The notes beneath the pieces are model-generated. The model did no database searches, was not told the origin of the DNA, and was given only the letters and a program-made list of their open reading frames with translations. From Eledone cirrhosa (Eukaryota), in assembly GCA_964016885.1 (NCBI GenBank), contig OZ024740.1, positions 169,818,001-169,882,000 of the forward strand: a stretch of DNA of 64,000 bases, given 5' to 3'. The translations under genes were made by a program, and so were the position numbers. This document shows, in pieces, positions 1-13,175 of the stretch (positions within the stretch are counted from its first letter, which is position 1; each line of letters opens with the position of its first letter).

Positions 1-1022
1 AACGAGTCTATAATAAAAATGTCTCTATATAGAGAATGATTGCAGTAATTATCTATTGATGAGAAGGTGAGTTTTCCGAAATGCATAATGGTAATTTCGT
101 AGTAATATTTTCTGTATACATTACGAAATATCTAAACAGAGGCCGACACTAATGAGAATAAAAATCAGATACGCATGAATGGAACACTCCTAGTATATGA
201 AAAGCATATTTATTCTCATTTATGGAGAACAGGAGCCATACGGTCTTGTTATACGCTCCGACAAACGAAGACCTCGATTTGGTTTCAACACAAGGTCAAT
301 GTACATTTTCTGTACATTATGAATAGAAAGGATATCTGGAAAGACGTTTTGCACTTTCCTTAACGCTTCTAGTTTCCCTGTCTACATAAATATAGGAACG
401 GAAATCTCCTTTCATACTTGTTTCTCTTGCTATATTCTAATTCTTTATGTATGTATGTCACAATAAAATACATACAGAATGGGATATTTTATAAATTATA
501 TGAAAAAAGAAATTCTGTTTTATCTCAATGCAGTAATCACTAATCAAGCTATTCTATTATATCTGTGAGAATTATTCTTAATTATTTTTCTAGATCAACT
601 CAACGGCAAACGAACTCAATGTACAGAACATAAAACTATTTGGCTTTTAGTCATGCCGATTTAAACTACTTGAAAATGTATTGATCGTTGTGGGATTCTG
701 TCTGTGGAGAACAGTTTTAATCTGGTTAAAATATGAAGTAACTCATAAAACGCATACTGTAACTGTGTTTGCTTTAGTGCAGGTGAAAGCTAGCAAAACA
801 GGTTCTGTTGACACAATTACTGTAGCAAAGTAATGAGAAATAGCACTGATTAATGCATTATAGATTTGTAGTAGAGTCGAAATGTCAGGCACACTTATTA
901 GCGCTGTACGAAATATTTTAACGTGGTATTGTTAACCACCCCATTCTTAGAGATGTTCAATGTTTCTTCTTCCTCTTCTTCTTTTCATAATAATAATAGT
1001 AATAATAATAATATTAATAATA

Positions 1023-1208
1023 ATTGTTTCTACTTTTGGCACAAGGCCAGCAATTACCTAGTACATTACTGGTACTTTATTTTATCGACCCCGTATGGAT
1101 GAAAGGCAAAGTTAACCTCGGTGGGATTTGAATTCAGATCATAAAGGGACGTAACTATGCTGGAAAGCATGTCCGAGCCTCTACCGATACTGCCAATTCA
1201 CCGCCCTA
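1023..1208 (-). mobile_element. tRNA-derived SINE, full-length copy 1
   Basis: Minus strand starts agggcggtgaattggcagtatcggtagag (A-box-like), has a B-box-like attcaaatcc and ends in an (ATT)n tail; about 10 copies in the window. Confidence 0.85.
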
Positions 1209-1278
1209 ATAATAATATTAATAATATTAATAATAATGGTTTCTTATATTTGAAAGGTCATATGTACCTTTTAAATAA

Positions 1279-1469
1279 TTGTTTCTACTTTTGGCACAAA
1301 GCCAGCAATTAAATCAGTGTATTACTGGTACTTTATTTTATCGACCCCGTAAGGATGAAAGGCAAAGTTAACCTTGGTGGGATTTGAACTCAGAATGGCA
1401 AGATGCCGTAACTCTATGCGTCAAAGCATGGTATCCTCTCCTCTACCGATACTGCCAATCCACCGCCCT
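1279..1469 (-). mobile_element. tRNA-derived SINE copy 2
   Basis: Same family, B box gttcaaatcc; flanked by the 17-bp direct repeat tgtaccttttaaataat (1263-1279, 1469-1485). Confidence 0.85.
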
Positions 1470-1484
1470 GTACCTTTTAAATAA

Positions 1485-1671
1485 TTGTTTCTACTTTAGG
1501 CACAAGGCCAGCACATACCAAGTGCATTACTGGTACTTTATTTTATCGACCCCGTAAGGATGAAAGGCAAAGTCAACCTCGGCGGGATTTGAACTCAGAT
1601 CGTAAAGGGACGTAACTATGCTGGAAAGCATGTCGTCCGACCCTCTACCGATACTGCCAATCCACCGCCCT
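1485..1671 (-). mobile_element. tRNA-derived SINE copy 3
   Basis: Same family; followed by a third copy of tgtaccttttaaataat (1676-1692). Confidence 0.85.
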
Positions 1672-1962
1672 GCACTGTACCTTTTAAATAATGACTTCAT
1701 TTATTGGCCACACGGGCCGACATATAGGGGACAATACAAAAGAGTGGGACAGTGGGGTTTTACAGAAAAATCGAGTAAACAATATGAAGCACAATAACAA
1801 AGTAACAATAACAAAGTAACAATAAAATTACAACAAGAAAAAAATTCCCCAATAGGGGGTATGACCACTTAGGGTTCGCTCAGATACCCCACCAGTCCTG
1901 AACGACCTGACGCTTCGAGAGCACCCTGGAAGGGCACCCCTCTCCTCCTCAAATTTGCCTAC

Positions 1963-4900
1963 CTACAGTCGCATGACCAGAGTAGGCCCACTCACACGGG
2001 CCATTCTCGCCACATTCGCCCACATTTCAGCAAATATACTGGGGGGCAGCACTTCTCTCTCCACCCTCACCTTTCTTTCCAACTGAAACTTGAAAAAGTT
2101 GATGAGGGATTGGCCGAAGAGAAAAGTGTCTGTCTTCAGTCCTTTCAACCTCGTCCACCATACAACCTCTTTCGCTACTGCCACCAGGCAGAGGAAAATT
2201 GCCTACCCTTCCTGGCCAAAAGAAGGCGGCGGGTCGATCTTCACTATGGACTCGGCCGATAGCCGAATCCGTTCTACACGCGACAACAGCTGTTCAACAT
2301 AACTCCACAAGTCAGTAATGCACGGACACTGGACGAGTGCGTGCAGAACGGTTTCGTCGCTCTGCGCGCATCTCGGGCAGGTCCGTCTGACAGCACTTCC
2401 GTGCCTGTAGAGTTTATCTCGAACCGGCAGTGCCCCCCGGTTACACTGCCAAGTGAGGGTTTTTTGGAAATTATCCATCGTCCCCGGCTCGAAAGTCCTA
2501 CGGTATAGGCTGGTTAGTTCGATTTCGTTGACTCCCAGAGCCTCTCCGAGTGCGTCGTCGCACTTGCCCACCACTAATCGTCTTTAGAACTCGAGAGTGG
2601 AAGTTCCACTGACCGCATTTCCTGCCCGGTAGAGGGCAGTGAGTGCCTGGCAACATCAACATACCAGATGCCAGTCACCCAGTCTCAGTCTTTTCTTGAC
2701 CCAGGACTGCAGCTCAGTCAAAGAAACGAGCTGCCGAAAGGCCCGTCTGACAAACTGCGACGACACTTGTTCACCGTTTAGACAGAATATCTGGAGATGC
2801 CGCAGCCTCAGCGCGTGTCTGCGCATCATTAGCACACGGCATGCCCAGCCCTCCACGTAGAGGGTGCTGGCAGCAGATGGACCGCCTCACCAGCGGAACC
2901 TGACCCCTCCATAAGAATTTGAAGAGGAGCCGCTCCAAGATGGCGAGGCGCGAATGGGGGAAAGGGACGACGGTCAGACGGTAGTAGATGACGGACGCGA
3001 TGTACGCGTTCGCCACCTCCGCCCGACCTATCAGTGATAGCTTCCTCCCAGCCCATTTCTGGGTGAGACTGGCCACCCTGCCCGTCACCTCGTCCCAATT
3101 CTTATCTACCTGGAGGTCTGGCTCGAACTAAACCCCGAGCAACTTTACCAGTCCGTCCGTCCAGCGCCTAACGACGCTGTTAGACGGCATGGATTTGCCT
3201 CTCCAGGTGCCGAGTTGGAAGCACACCGACTTTTCCGGGTTAAGTTTTGCTCCCGTCAACCTTTCATATCCCTCCAATAAGTTGTCGACCACCTCGCTTT
3301 CTGAGGTGTCCGACATCAACAGGGTGATGTCGTCTGCATAAGCCGACACACCCTTTCCGCGTCCCGGTTCGAGCGGAATGCCCTGCAACAGCTCCATCTT
3401 CCGCAGTAAAGGCTCGAGAGTCAATACGTACAGAAGGGAGGAGAGAGAGCACCCTTGACGGACCGATAGGGAGACATGAAACGGTTCCGAGAGGTGGCCA
3501 TTAATTTTGACCACCGAGCAGGTGCCGCTGTGCATTGCAGCGATCCAGCTTCTGAAGACGGGGCCGAAACCAGCCGCCTTGAGGACAGCCTCCATGTACC
3601 GATGGTCGACCCTATCGAATGCTTTCGATTGATCTAAATTGATCAGAGCCCCACCGTAGCCAGGTTTACACCCTACCCTCTCTATGATGTATCGTATTAG
3701 GTGGAGGTTGTCGTGTATGGATCTGGTTGGGATTGCGCAAGTTGCGCCTCCCCAACCAAATCCCCGACGACAAGCGCCAACCTCTTCGCTAACACCCTGG
3801 CCAAAATCTTAAACTCTGTGTTGAGCAGAGTTATGGGCCTGAAGTTTTCTAATGTGTCCCTCTTGTTCTCGTCTTTCCTTATCAGCGTCACTACGCCCCG
3901 GCTCACAGAACTGGGAATACTCCCGTTCTGCTGCCAGTTGCAGTAGAGCGCTTCGAGGAGATTGGAGAACAAGTCTGGCATATTTACGTAAAGCTCGTAG
4001 GGCAGACCATCCAAACCGGGTAACTTGCGCCTCATGCAGCCGACAAGGGCATCCTGAATCTCGGCTGAAGTAATTGGCCTTTCGCAGCGCCCAGCGTCGG
4101 CCGTCGAGGGTTGCGGCAAGCCATCGAGGTAGGGACTGAAGTCCGCCACCGCCTTTCACCCGCCACTTCCCCCGAACAACCTAGTTAAATGTTGGCGAAA
4201 GGCCTCACACATCCGCTTGGAATCGCTCAGCTCGTGTCCATCTCGGTCCGTCAAAGACCGAATCGTGGTTTTATTACCACGCTGCGCCTCTGCCACGCGG
4301 GCCCATCGAACAGCTTTGGTTCCCTCATTTCTCAGAGCACGCGCCTTAGCTCTGACAATGTACCCTTCGTGTTTCGCATTGAAGAAATGGTGTAATGCCA
4401 TTCTCGCCGCTAGCACGTCAGTTGCAATGCCACTACCAATAGCCTCGTCTAACTTATCTACCAACTCCCCCTCCTTTCTATTTTTCTCTAATGCTACTTC
4501 TTTGCTAAAATCTCTTTTGAGATCCCCCCCCCCTCACCAACTATTGTTGACGACTCCCCCTGTCAACTTTTTCTTAACTAAATTGTTGACCTGGTCCCTG
4601 TAAGCCTTACGTGCCGGAAATGATATGTTTAGCTTCCAGTAACCAGGTCCTAAGCTACGCGTCTTATCTAGGTCGACCATACAGATCACAAACTTGTGAT
4701 CTGAATAGGCGACCGTTTCAAAACGTGGACAGCTTACACTATTTCTGTCTATTTTCCTAATGAATATCCTGTCTATATACGATCTAGCTGACCCTATGCA
4801 GTTAGTCCAGGTCCACACTGGCGCATTAGGGAAATCTAGTCGGTACCTGTCAGACAGTTGAAACTGGCTAATCAGGTTCTTGAGGCTTTTGCACCCCCCC

Positions 4901-5378
4901 CCGCTCCTATCGGATACTCCCACACAGTCCAAGCGTGCATCTAAGATGCCGTTCCAGTCCCCCGCTAACAGTAAAGGGCGAGACGTACCCAGAAAGGCTT
5001 CCAGGCGTCTAAAGAAGTCCGGCCGTCCTTCCCCAGTAGGGGCATAGACGGCCACCAGTCTAAAGGCACCATCTTCGTTATTGTTCACGTCCACGACCAC
5101 CAACTTCCCGTCCGGGTCCCGGAAGATCGAGCTTACCTTGAGATCCAGGCCTTTCCTAAACAGCACTGCCACCCCGCCTCCCATTCACGGCCGGCTAACA
5201 GATGCAAAGATCTGATAGTCGTCGAAAATGGGGGCTAGTGCGCGCGTGTCGGAAAGCCTGGTCTCGCTAACGGCAATTACATCCATTTCTATAGAACTGA
5301 GGTCGTTGATAAGGTGACCCTGCTTCCAGGACGATCCAGGCCTCGAACATTTAAACTTCCTACTCTTAATACGGCTAT
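1963..5378 (-). pseudogene. LINE ORF2 (AP endonuclease + reverse transcriptase + C-terminal CCHC), frameshifted
   Basis: Fragments RVGSLNVRGL, VYAP, AGDWN, YIDRIF, SDH (APE); PGLDGL, FRPITLLN, VRQGCSLS, YADD (RT); CPRC..ETVLHALVQC. Split over more than 7 ORFs. Confidence 0.92.
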
Positions 5379-5399
5379 GTTGGCAGGTTAAAAAGAGAG

Positions 5400-7340
5400 A
5401 GAGGAAAGGTTTACGTACCTCCCGGGCTCTTGTAAAGGTCGGGTGGTTCGACCTCCATAGTTGGTGGGGTTTCTTTTGGGAACCCCTTTAAAATCTTCAA
5501 GTGCGTTTTACGTTCGGGGTTCCCACGTCCCGAGGAAAGCTGTCTCGTATTTCTTTGTATAAATCGAGCGACATTCGCACCAGAAACAAATCTTCCGGCA
5601 AAAATTTACCCCTCTTTTTGTATATTTTCACTTCGTGCTACGGGGACCAGCAGTTCGTTGTTGGCCCTCCTGACGAGCACGAAGTTTTGTATGTTTTGTT
5701 GGTGTGATTTTATTTGTTTGCGTGGCTGTGGTGGTGATGGTTTTGGTGGTGTTGCTTCGGTTTTGTCTGTGTTTGTTGTGAGTGCGGTGTCTGTGGTTTC
5801 AGATGTTTGTGTGTGTATTTGTACTTCTCTCTGTTTAGGTTGTTTGCGTTTGGGGGATTCTGGTGATGGTTGTGTTGATGTTGGTGTTATTGGAGAGATG
5901 TTTGCGTGGGTGGTGTCTGCATTTTTTATTGTGGGTGATTTTGTGCTTTGTTGAGTTTTTTTCTTTCTTTTTGTGTTTCCTTTTTTGTAATTTGAGGGAT
6001 TTTGGTTTTCCCTCATCTTCACTACTGGTAGAAGAGGGGTCTGTGTCTGTAAGTGTGTCCGTGTGTGTGTTTATGGTTTTATTGGTGTGCGTATTTTGGG
6101 GGGGAGGGGGAATTTGACAACTTTCCTCGTTTCCCCCCTGGGTGGTCAATGTTGGTGGTGGTCTTTCTATTGGTGTTGTTGTTGGTGGTTTTGCCGGTGC
6201 TGGTGTTGGTTGTGGACCTCACCCCGGCATCAGCAGCAGTGGAGCCTTTCGACCCCTTGCATCTTTCAGCAGTTGAGGGCAGAAGGCTCGCAAATGGGTT
6301 TTTTTCCCACAAACAAAACAATGCGGCCTTTTGCCCTCGATCATAACATGAATGACCGTCCCATCCTGAAGGCGGATGTGGTCCGGGATTGTCTTCACAT
6401 TCTCGGGCCTGATCTGGAGAAGGATCTCCAGGTCAACCCCGGAACAGTCGTCTCTGGCCGTTCTGGTGACTTCTATCGGGACGGTATCCGTCCCCTCCAC
6501 AATCACACATCCCAGAAGCCACCACATGTCAAGTCTTGGTGGGATTCTGGGAATGCCGAGACGGGCCGTTCTTTTTCCCATGTGGGAGGGGTACATTATG
6601 ACCTTGCTGGTTTTGCAAGGAGTCATAGCGTGTTTCATAGCGAGGGCTTCTGACTTGAACAGCACCGAAATGGTGCCGTACTGTCTGCCCCTCGCTATGT
6701 ATCTCTGATGCACCTCAGCGCCACTTCGACATCTGCTTGTGGAATTAAAGCTGCCCTTTTGGTTTGTGCTGAGATGCATCTATAATGCACCGTTCTGCGC
6801 TCCACTGCCTCAATAGCTTCTACCGGCCAGTTAAGTTGGCCTAGGTTTGCTCTTGCCTGATGAGCGTCCAGGCCTGGGCCAGCTTTTCATCTTTGTTTGA
6901 GAGGTCCATGTTGAAGCATGGCTTTTTTGCTGCTGCCACAGCGAAAGTGTTCTTCTTGTTGTCGTGGGGGTGTTGTTGTTGTTGTCGTTGTACTTGTTGG
7001 TGTTGTTGTTATCACTGTCGCTGTTATCATTATTGTCTTTGGTGCCGCCGTTGTTCTCAGTGCAGCTGGTATTGTTGCTGTTGGTGTTGTCGCTCTTTGT
7101 TTTCATGTTAGTGGTGTTGATATTGTTGTTGCATTTGTCATTTTTTCTGTTATCTGCATTTTGGTTGTCGCTGTTACTGACATATTTTTTTCAAAATTAG
7201 AGTTCTCAGTGTTGTTATCATTGCTGTCTTTGTTCACATTGTTTGTGGTGTTGTTTGTTGTATCAATTTCTGTTAATTTCGCCGTAGCGCTCCTTTCAAC
7301 TTTTACGTCGTTGTCGCACGACAGCAGACATCTCGATGGG
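5400..7340 (-). pseudogene. LINE ORF1 (nucleic-acid-binding, gag-like zinc knuckle), frameshifted; ends approximate
   Basis: CFVCGKKTHLRAFC (CX2CX4HX4C) near 6280-6320, flanked by Thr/Asn-rich low-complexity linkers; lies upstream of ORF2. Confidence 0.7.
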
Positions 7341-7589
7341 GGCGTGGCTAAGTCATGATTTTTTTGTTTTGTTTTTTTCGATAATTTTTTAAAAAATATA
7401 AAAGATTTCAAATATTTGGGCCAAAAAGGCCCAAATATTATTCTTTCCCCTTCACAGGGCAAAGCCCAAGGGCTTGTATGCCCGACACAACAACAAAAAA
7501 ATTCAATAAATAAGTTTTGACAGATAAATAAATAAACTTACGAGAGCGAGCAAAAAGACGTCCGTTCAGACTCAATAATAATAATAATA

Positions 7590-7680
7590 ATTGTTTCTAC
7601 TTTTGCACAAAGCCAGCAATTACCAGTGCATTACTGGTACTTTATTTTTATCGACCCCGTAAGGATGAAAGGCAAAGTTA
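7590..7680 (-). mobile_element. 5'-truncated SINE
   Basis: 3' half of the SINE family between (TAA)n runs. Confidence 0.8.
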
Positions 7681-7692
7681 AATAATAATAAT

Positions 7693-8960
7693 AGGTGCTC
7701 TGGAGGCAGATGACATCAAGAACAAAAAAATGAAGGAATTGATAAGATCTGAGTACATAAGGAGAGTAAGGAACGTATTAAAATCACATCTAAATAGTAG
7801 GAATGTCATAAGTGCAGTGAATTCCCGAGCTGTGTCTATTATTAGGTACAGTGCGGGAATTCTGAGATAGAATGTTGCTGAACAGAAAGAAATGGATGGG
7901 AAGACTAGGAAGCCAATGACTATCTACAACATGTTCCACAAGAGGAGTGATGTCGATAGACTCTACGTAAAGAGATCTGAAGGTGGAAGAGGTCTTATCA
8001 GCATAGAAGACTGTGTTCAGATAGAGAAAAACAACCTGCGCAAATATGTGACTGACAGTAGGGAGCCAATGCTCAAAATTGTACTGTAGGAGAAGACAAA
8101 AGACCAGGGGATGTCCAAGGAGGAAATAACAACAAGGAGGAAGAGCAACCTTCATGAAAAATCCCTTCGGAGTACCTTCTTTAAGAAAACGGAATTTAGA
8201 GATCCACAGAGATGGAAGTGGTTAAAAAGAGGAGACCATAAGAAAGCTACAGAAGGAATGCTAATGGCTGCGCAAGAGCAAGCCGTCAGAATGAAGGGGG
8301 TGAAACACCTTATTTACAAGGAGGAGGCTAGCTCACTGTGTAGGATCTGTAGAAAGAGAGAGGAGACTGTGGCTCACATTGTATCCGAGTGTAAACACCA
8401 AGACTCACTATAAAGGCTGGAGACATGACGTGATAGGTAGGGTGATCCACTGGCATCTATGCAAAATAAACAATATACCACATTCTGAGAAGCCAGCGTC
8501 GGTGATAGAAAACAATCAGGTGAAGGTGCTATGGGATTTTAGGATAAAGACGGACAAGAAATTAGAACACAATAGGCCTGACCTGGTGGTTTTGGACAAG
8601 GAAAAAAGATCGTGCCTGATTGTAAATGTAGCCTGCCCATTTGACACGAGAGTGCAACAAAAGGAGAGGGACAAAATTAATCGATACCAGGACCTAAAGT
8701 GGGAGTTAAAAAGGATTTTGAACTGCCATGAAATCAAGGTCGTCCCGATTGTCATAGGCGCACTAGGTACTATCTCAAAGAGTTTCCAAGGATGGTTAAA
8801 GAAGATTAGTCCAGCCCCGATTTTTGGAATATTTCAAAAGGCATGCTTGATATTTACGTCCGGAATATCTGAGGCTGCAGGTAGCGGCTTGATATTCATT
8901 TCAACAAACTTTCCAATTAAATAACATCAATGACTTAGACTCAAAGAATAATAATAATAA
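7693..8960 (+). mobile_element. R4/Dong-type non-LTR retrotransposon, 3' part (RT thumb, CCHC, restriction-like endonuclease), degraded
   Basis: RLYVKRSEGGRGL, AAQEQA, CRIC..ETVAHIVSEC, RHD, RPDLVV..KINRY, PIVIGALG; flanked by (TAA)n, the known Dong target. Confidence 0.88.
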
Positions 8961-8962
8961 TA

Positions 8963-9069
8963 ATTGTTTCTACTTTTGGCACAAGGCCAGCAATTACGCA
9001 GTCTATTACTGGTACTTTATTTTATCGACTCCGTATGGATGAAAGGCAAAGTTAACCTCGGCGGGATTT
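8963..9069 (-). mobile_element. 5'-truncated SINE
   Basis: SINE 3' half between (TAA)n runs. Confidence 0.8.
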
Positions 9070-9077
9070 AATAATAA

Positions 9078-10125
9078 TACTCCATTACAAAAGATGCAGA
9101 AAGATACAGTAATGGACTACACATTTCAGAAGTTCCATTTACTGCTGAAATGGAAAACACAGAAAAAACAAAGCAGGTAAAAGTAACTCAAAGAAAGAAC
9201 TGCTAAAGAAACTGGCTAAGAAATGGCAAGAAAATCCTCTGTATGGAATATACTCAGAAAGAGCTAACAATCCTGATGTTGACAATCACTGGTTGGCATC
9301 CTCTGGACTGCAATCGGAGACTGAAGGACTGATTATATCAGCACAAGTTCAGTGTCTGCCAACAAAAAATTATCAAGCCAACATAATAAAAAATGGATGC
9401 AACCCATTATGCCGTGTATGTAAAAAACAACTAGAGACCGTTGATCATATAATTTCAATGTGCAGTCCTATAGCCTCAACCGAATAGGTAAACAAGCACG
9501 ACAGAGCTGCACAATACATACATTGGATAATGTGTAAGCATTTTGACCTGCCACATCAAAAGAATTGGTGGGAGCATCAACCACCTCCAGTACTTGAAAA
9601 AGATGACATCTCAATCTTGTGGAACTTTAGCATCCTAACAGACCGAAAAATAGATGCAAATAGACCTGATATAATACTGAAGGACTTTAAAAAGAGGGTA
9701 TGCCTGCTAATTGATATGTCCGTTCAAATAGACAAGAATGTATCTATAAAAACATTTGAAAAATTGAGCAAGTATAAAGATCTGGAGATAGAAATTGGAA
9801 ACATGTGGAAATTGAAAACTAAAACAATACCCGTTGTTGTAGGCGCTCTAGGAATGATACCTAAGGGGTCTAATGATTACTTATCGCAAATCCGAGGAAA
9901 CCCGCGTATAGGAGAAATACAAAAGATAGTACTAATGGGAACTGCCCATATACTAAGGAAGATTCTGTCAATATAAGTACATCACAAGTCTAAACACCTA
10001 AAGATGCATGTGTGTGTATGTATGTTCTTTCTTGAACATGGCGGACCTTGTAGTCTCTTGAGGTCACTGGTTGTGACATGGTGATAACTCGTACGAACTT
10101 AAAGCAAGATAAGTGCAACTGTAAT
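9078..10125 (+). mobile_element. Second R4/Dong-like RLE family, 3' fragment
   Basis: ETEGLIISAQ, CRVC..ETVDHIISMC, RPDII..DMS..KLSKY, PVVVGALG, HILRKILS; ends at (TAA)n 10126-10161. Confidence 0.85.
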
Positions 10126-10126
10126 G

Positions 10127-10159
<33 letters not shown>

Positions 10160-10163
<4 letters not shown>

Positions 10164-13100
10164 TTTCTTTATTAACCACAAGGGTTTACATAAAGTAGAC
10201 ATTAAGGACAGTGCAGGACAATGCAGGACGGTACAAATGGGCATTTCTGCGTGTAAAAAACAAAAACAGAGGATGTAACAAAAATAACAATGAAAAATTC
10301 CCCAATAGGGGGGGAGACTTCGGAGGGACATTTGTGGAGAAAGCCCAGTAAAAAGCCACAATGACCCTGACCACCAAGGCAAGTGCCCTCTCCCAGTTTT
10401 CCACCTTTAATTTACAGATATATACTCAGAGTAGGCCCATTCACTCGGGCCATTCTTGCTTCTCTCACCCATCTTTCAACAAAATGCTGGGAAGAGAGCA
10501 CTTCCCTCTCTACTCTGATTTTCCTTTTCAAATGAAATTTGAAAAAGTCAATCAGAGCATCACCGAAGAGGTAAGTGCTCGTCTTCAGCCCTTTCAAACG
10601 TGTCCACCATACTATCTCTTTCGCCATGGCCACCAGACAGATAAAAACTGCCTGCCCTTTCCGGCTAAAGGAAGAGGGCGGAGCAATCCTCACAATGGAT
10701 TCAGATGATAGCCGGATCCGTCCTACACGCGACAGCAGGTGTTCGACATAAACCCACAAGTCAGCAATTTTCGGACACTGGACGAGTGCGTGCAGGACGG
10801 TTTCGTCGCTCTGCGCGCATCTCGGACATGCCCGGCTGACGGCACCTCCATGCCTGTAGAGTTTATCCCGAACTGGCAAAGCTCCTCGGTAGCACTGCCA
10901 GGCCAGAGATTTCTGGAAGTTGTCCATAGGCCCTGGCCCGAAAGTTCTTCCGAAGAGATTGGCTAGTTGATTTTCGTCGACGCCTAGAGTTTCCCCAAGT
11001 ACGTCGTCGCTCTTCCCCTCCACTAATCCTCTATAGAACGCCGAGGTGGAGTTTCCACCGATCACATTGCCCGATTGGTCGAGGGCTGTGAGCGCCTGAA
11101 GACATTCCAGTCTCCAGGCGCTCCCTCTCGGTCTTCGCTTGACCCAGGACTGCAGCTCCGTCAAGGAAACGAGCTGGGGAAATACGTGTCTAGCAAACGG
11201 CGACCACACCTGATCACCGTCGAGGAAGAGGTTGAGATGTCGTAGCCTGAGCGCGTGTCTGCGCATCATTAGCCACGGCATGCCCAGCCCTCCACGTAGC
11301 GGGTGTTGACAGCAGATGGACCGCCTGACTATCAGAGCGCGTCCCTCCACAAAAAGCGAAAGAGCAAACGCTCCAGCGCAGTCAGGCGGGGCTTAGGACA
11401 AGGTACGACGGTCAGGCGGTAGTAGATGACGGACGCGATATACGCGTTAGCCACCTCCGCTCGACCTTTCAGGGATAGCTTCCTCTCCGCCCATTTCTGG
11501 GTGAGAGAAGCCACCCTGTTCGTCACCTCGTCCCAGTTTTTGTCCGTCTGGAGATCCGGACCGAACCAGACCCCTAGCAATTTAACCGGTCCGTCCGTCC
11601 AGCGCCCGACGACGCTGTTGGACGGCATGGACCTGCCTCTCCAGGTGCCGAGCTGCAGGCCCACTGAATTTTCCTGGTTGATCATTGCTCCTGTCACCGC
11701 TTCGTATTCTCTTAGTGTAGTGCCGATCTCCTCGATGTGTTTGGCGTTCGACACCACTACGGTGACATCGTCCTCATATGCTGACACGGATCTTCCGCAT
11801 CCTAGTTCGCGCGGGACACGCCTCAACGTCTCCAGTTTGTGCAGTAATGGCTCGAGAGTCAATACGTACAAGAGGGACGAGAGGGAACATCCTTGGTGGA
11901 CCGAGCGCATGATGTTGAACGGTTCCGAAGGGTGACCGTTCACTCTCACCACAGAGCATATGTCGCTGTGCATGGCAGCGATCCAGCCTCTGAAGACGGG
12001 CCCAAAGCCAGCCGCCCTCAGGACTGCCGCTAGGTAACGATGGTCGACCCTATCGAAAGCTTTCGACTGATCTAAATTGATCAAGGACCCAACCGTGCCA
12101 GGTTCCCTAGCTACCCTCTCTACGATGTATCGCATGAGGTGGAGGTTGTCGTGGATGGATCTGTCGGGAATGGTGCATGTCTGCGCCTCTCACACCAGAC
12201 CACCAACGACAAGCGCCAACCTCTTTGCTAGCACCTTGGCCAAAATCTTGAACTCTGTGTTTAGCAGAGTTATGGGCCTGAAATTATCTATGTTATCCCC
12301 CTTGTTCGGATCCTTTCTCAGCAGCGCCACAGCTCCACGGCTCACAGAGCTGGGAATTCTCCCGTTTTGTTGCCAGTTGCAGTAGACGTCCGCCAAGAGG
12401 CCTCCGAACAAGTCTGGCATCTGTACGTAAAGTTCATAGTACAGACCATCCAAACCAGGCGATTTACCCCTTGTGCAGCCAGTCATTGCCTCCCGTACTT
12501 CAGCGGCTGTTATCGGCTTTTCGCAACACTCCGCCTCAGTGGCCGAGAGCCGCGGCAGTCCGTTGAGGTAGACACTAAACTCCATCCCTTGATCCGGCCC
12601 GCTGCTGCCCCCGAACAACTGAGCGAAGTGTCGCTGAAAAGCTTCACACATTTGCCCGGGATCGAGTAGCATGCGCCCGTCGGGGTCCACCAAACACCGG
12701 ATCGTGGCTTTGTTGCCACGACGCGCCTCCGCCACTCGGGCCCATTGAACGGCTTTCGTCCCCTCGTGTCTGAGAGCACGCACCCTAGCTCTGACAACGC
12801 AGCCTTCGTGCTTTGCATTGAAGAATTGGTCAAGGGCCAATTTCGCCGCAAGTACGTCGGTCGCGATGCCTTTGCTAAGCGCCTCATCTAATTTTCTAAC
12901 TAATTCTCCCTCTGCTCTATTTTTCTCTTTTGCTAAAGCCTTACTAAACCTAATGGACTCTATTCTAATTGCTCTTTTCAGAGCAAAGCACCACTTGTTG
13001 TTGACGATGGCCCCCGTCAACGCCCGCTTAACAAGTTCGCTAATCCGGTCTCTGTAGGCCTTGCGCGCTGGAAAGGACGCGTTTAGCATCCAGTAGCCGG

Positions 13101-13170
13101 GTCCTCGTCTATGAAGCCTATCTACGTCAAGCACACAGATCACCAATTTGTGGTTCGTGTAGCTGACTAT
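10160..13170 (-). mobile_element. 5'-truncated L1/Tx1-clade LINE (second subfamily), ORF2 with two frameshifts
   Basis: PGYW, SPGLDGL, FRPITLLN, DQSKAFDRV, HQGCSLS, YEDD, CPRC..HALVQC; homologous to 1963-4720; (ATT)n tail. Confidence 0.92.
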
Positions 13171-13175
13171 CTTGA

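Larger units (their letters stand above)
1690..7573 (-). mobile_element. Near full-length L1/Tx1-clade LINE, degraded
   Basis: 5' UTR, ORF1 with CCHC knuckle, ORF2 APE-RT-Zn finger, and a 3' UTR with AATAAA ending in catt(att); bounded by aataat runs. Confidence 0.9.

Noticed and set aside
175-363. 62-aa ORF and a nearby acceptor-like site near 590
   Set aside because: No homology cue; all frames after the acceptor close quickly
1023-1692. CRISPR-like or tRNA-gene reading of the repeated units
   Set aside because: Eukaryotic SINEs with TSDs; no repeat-spacer periodicity and no complete cloverleaf
11426-11935. Antisense ORFs overlapping LINE ORF2 (also 4217-4603, 6063-6653)
   Set aside because: Shadow frames of GC-richer coding sequence
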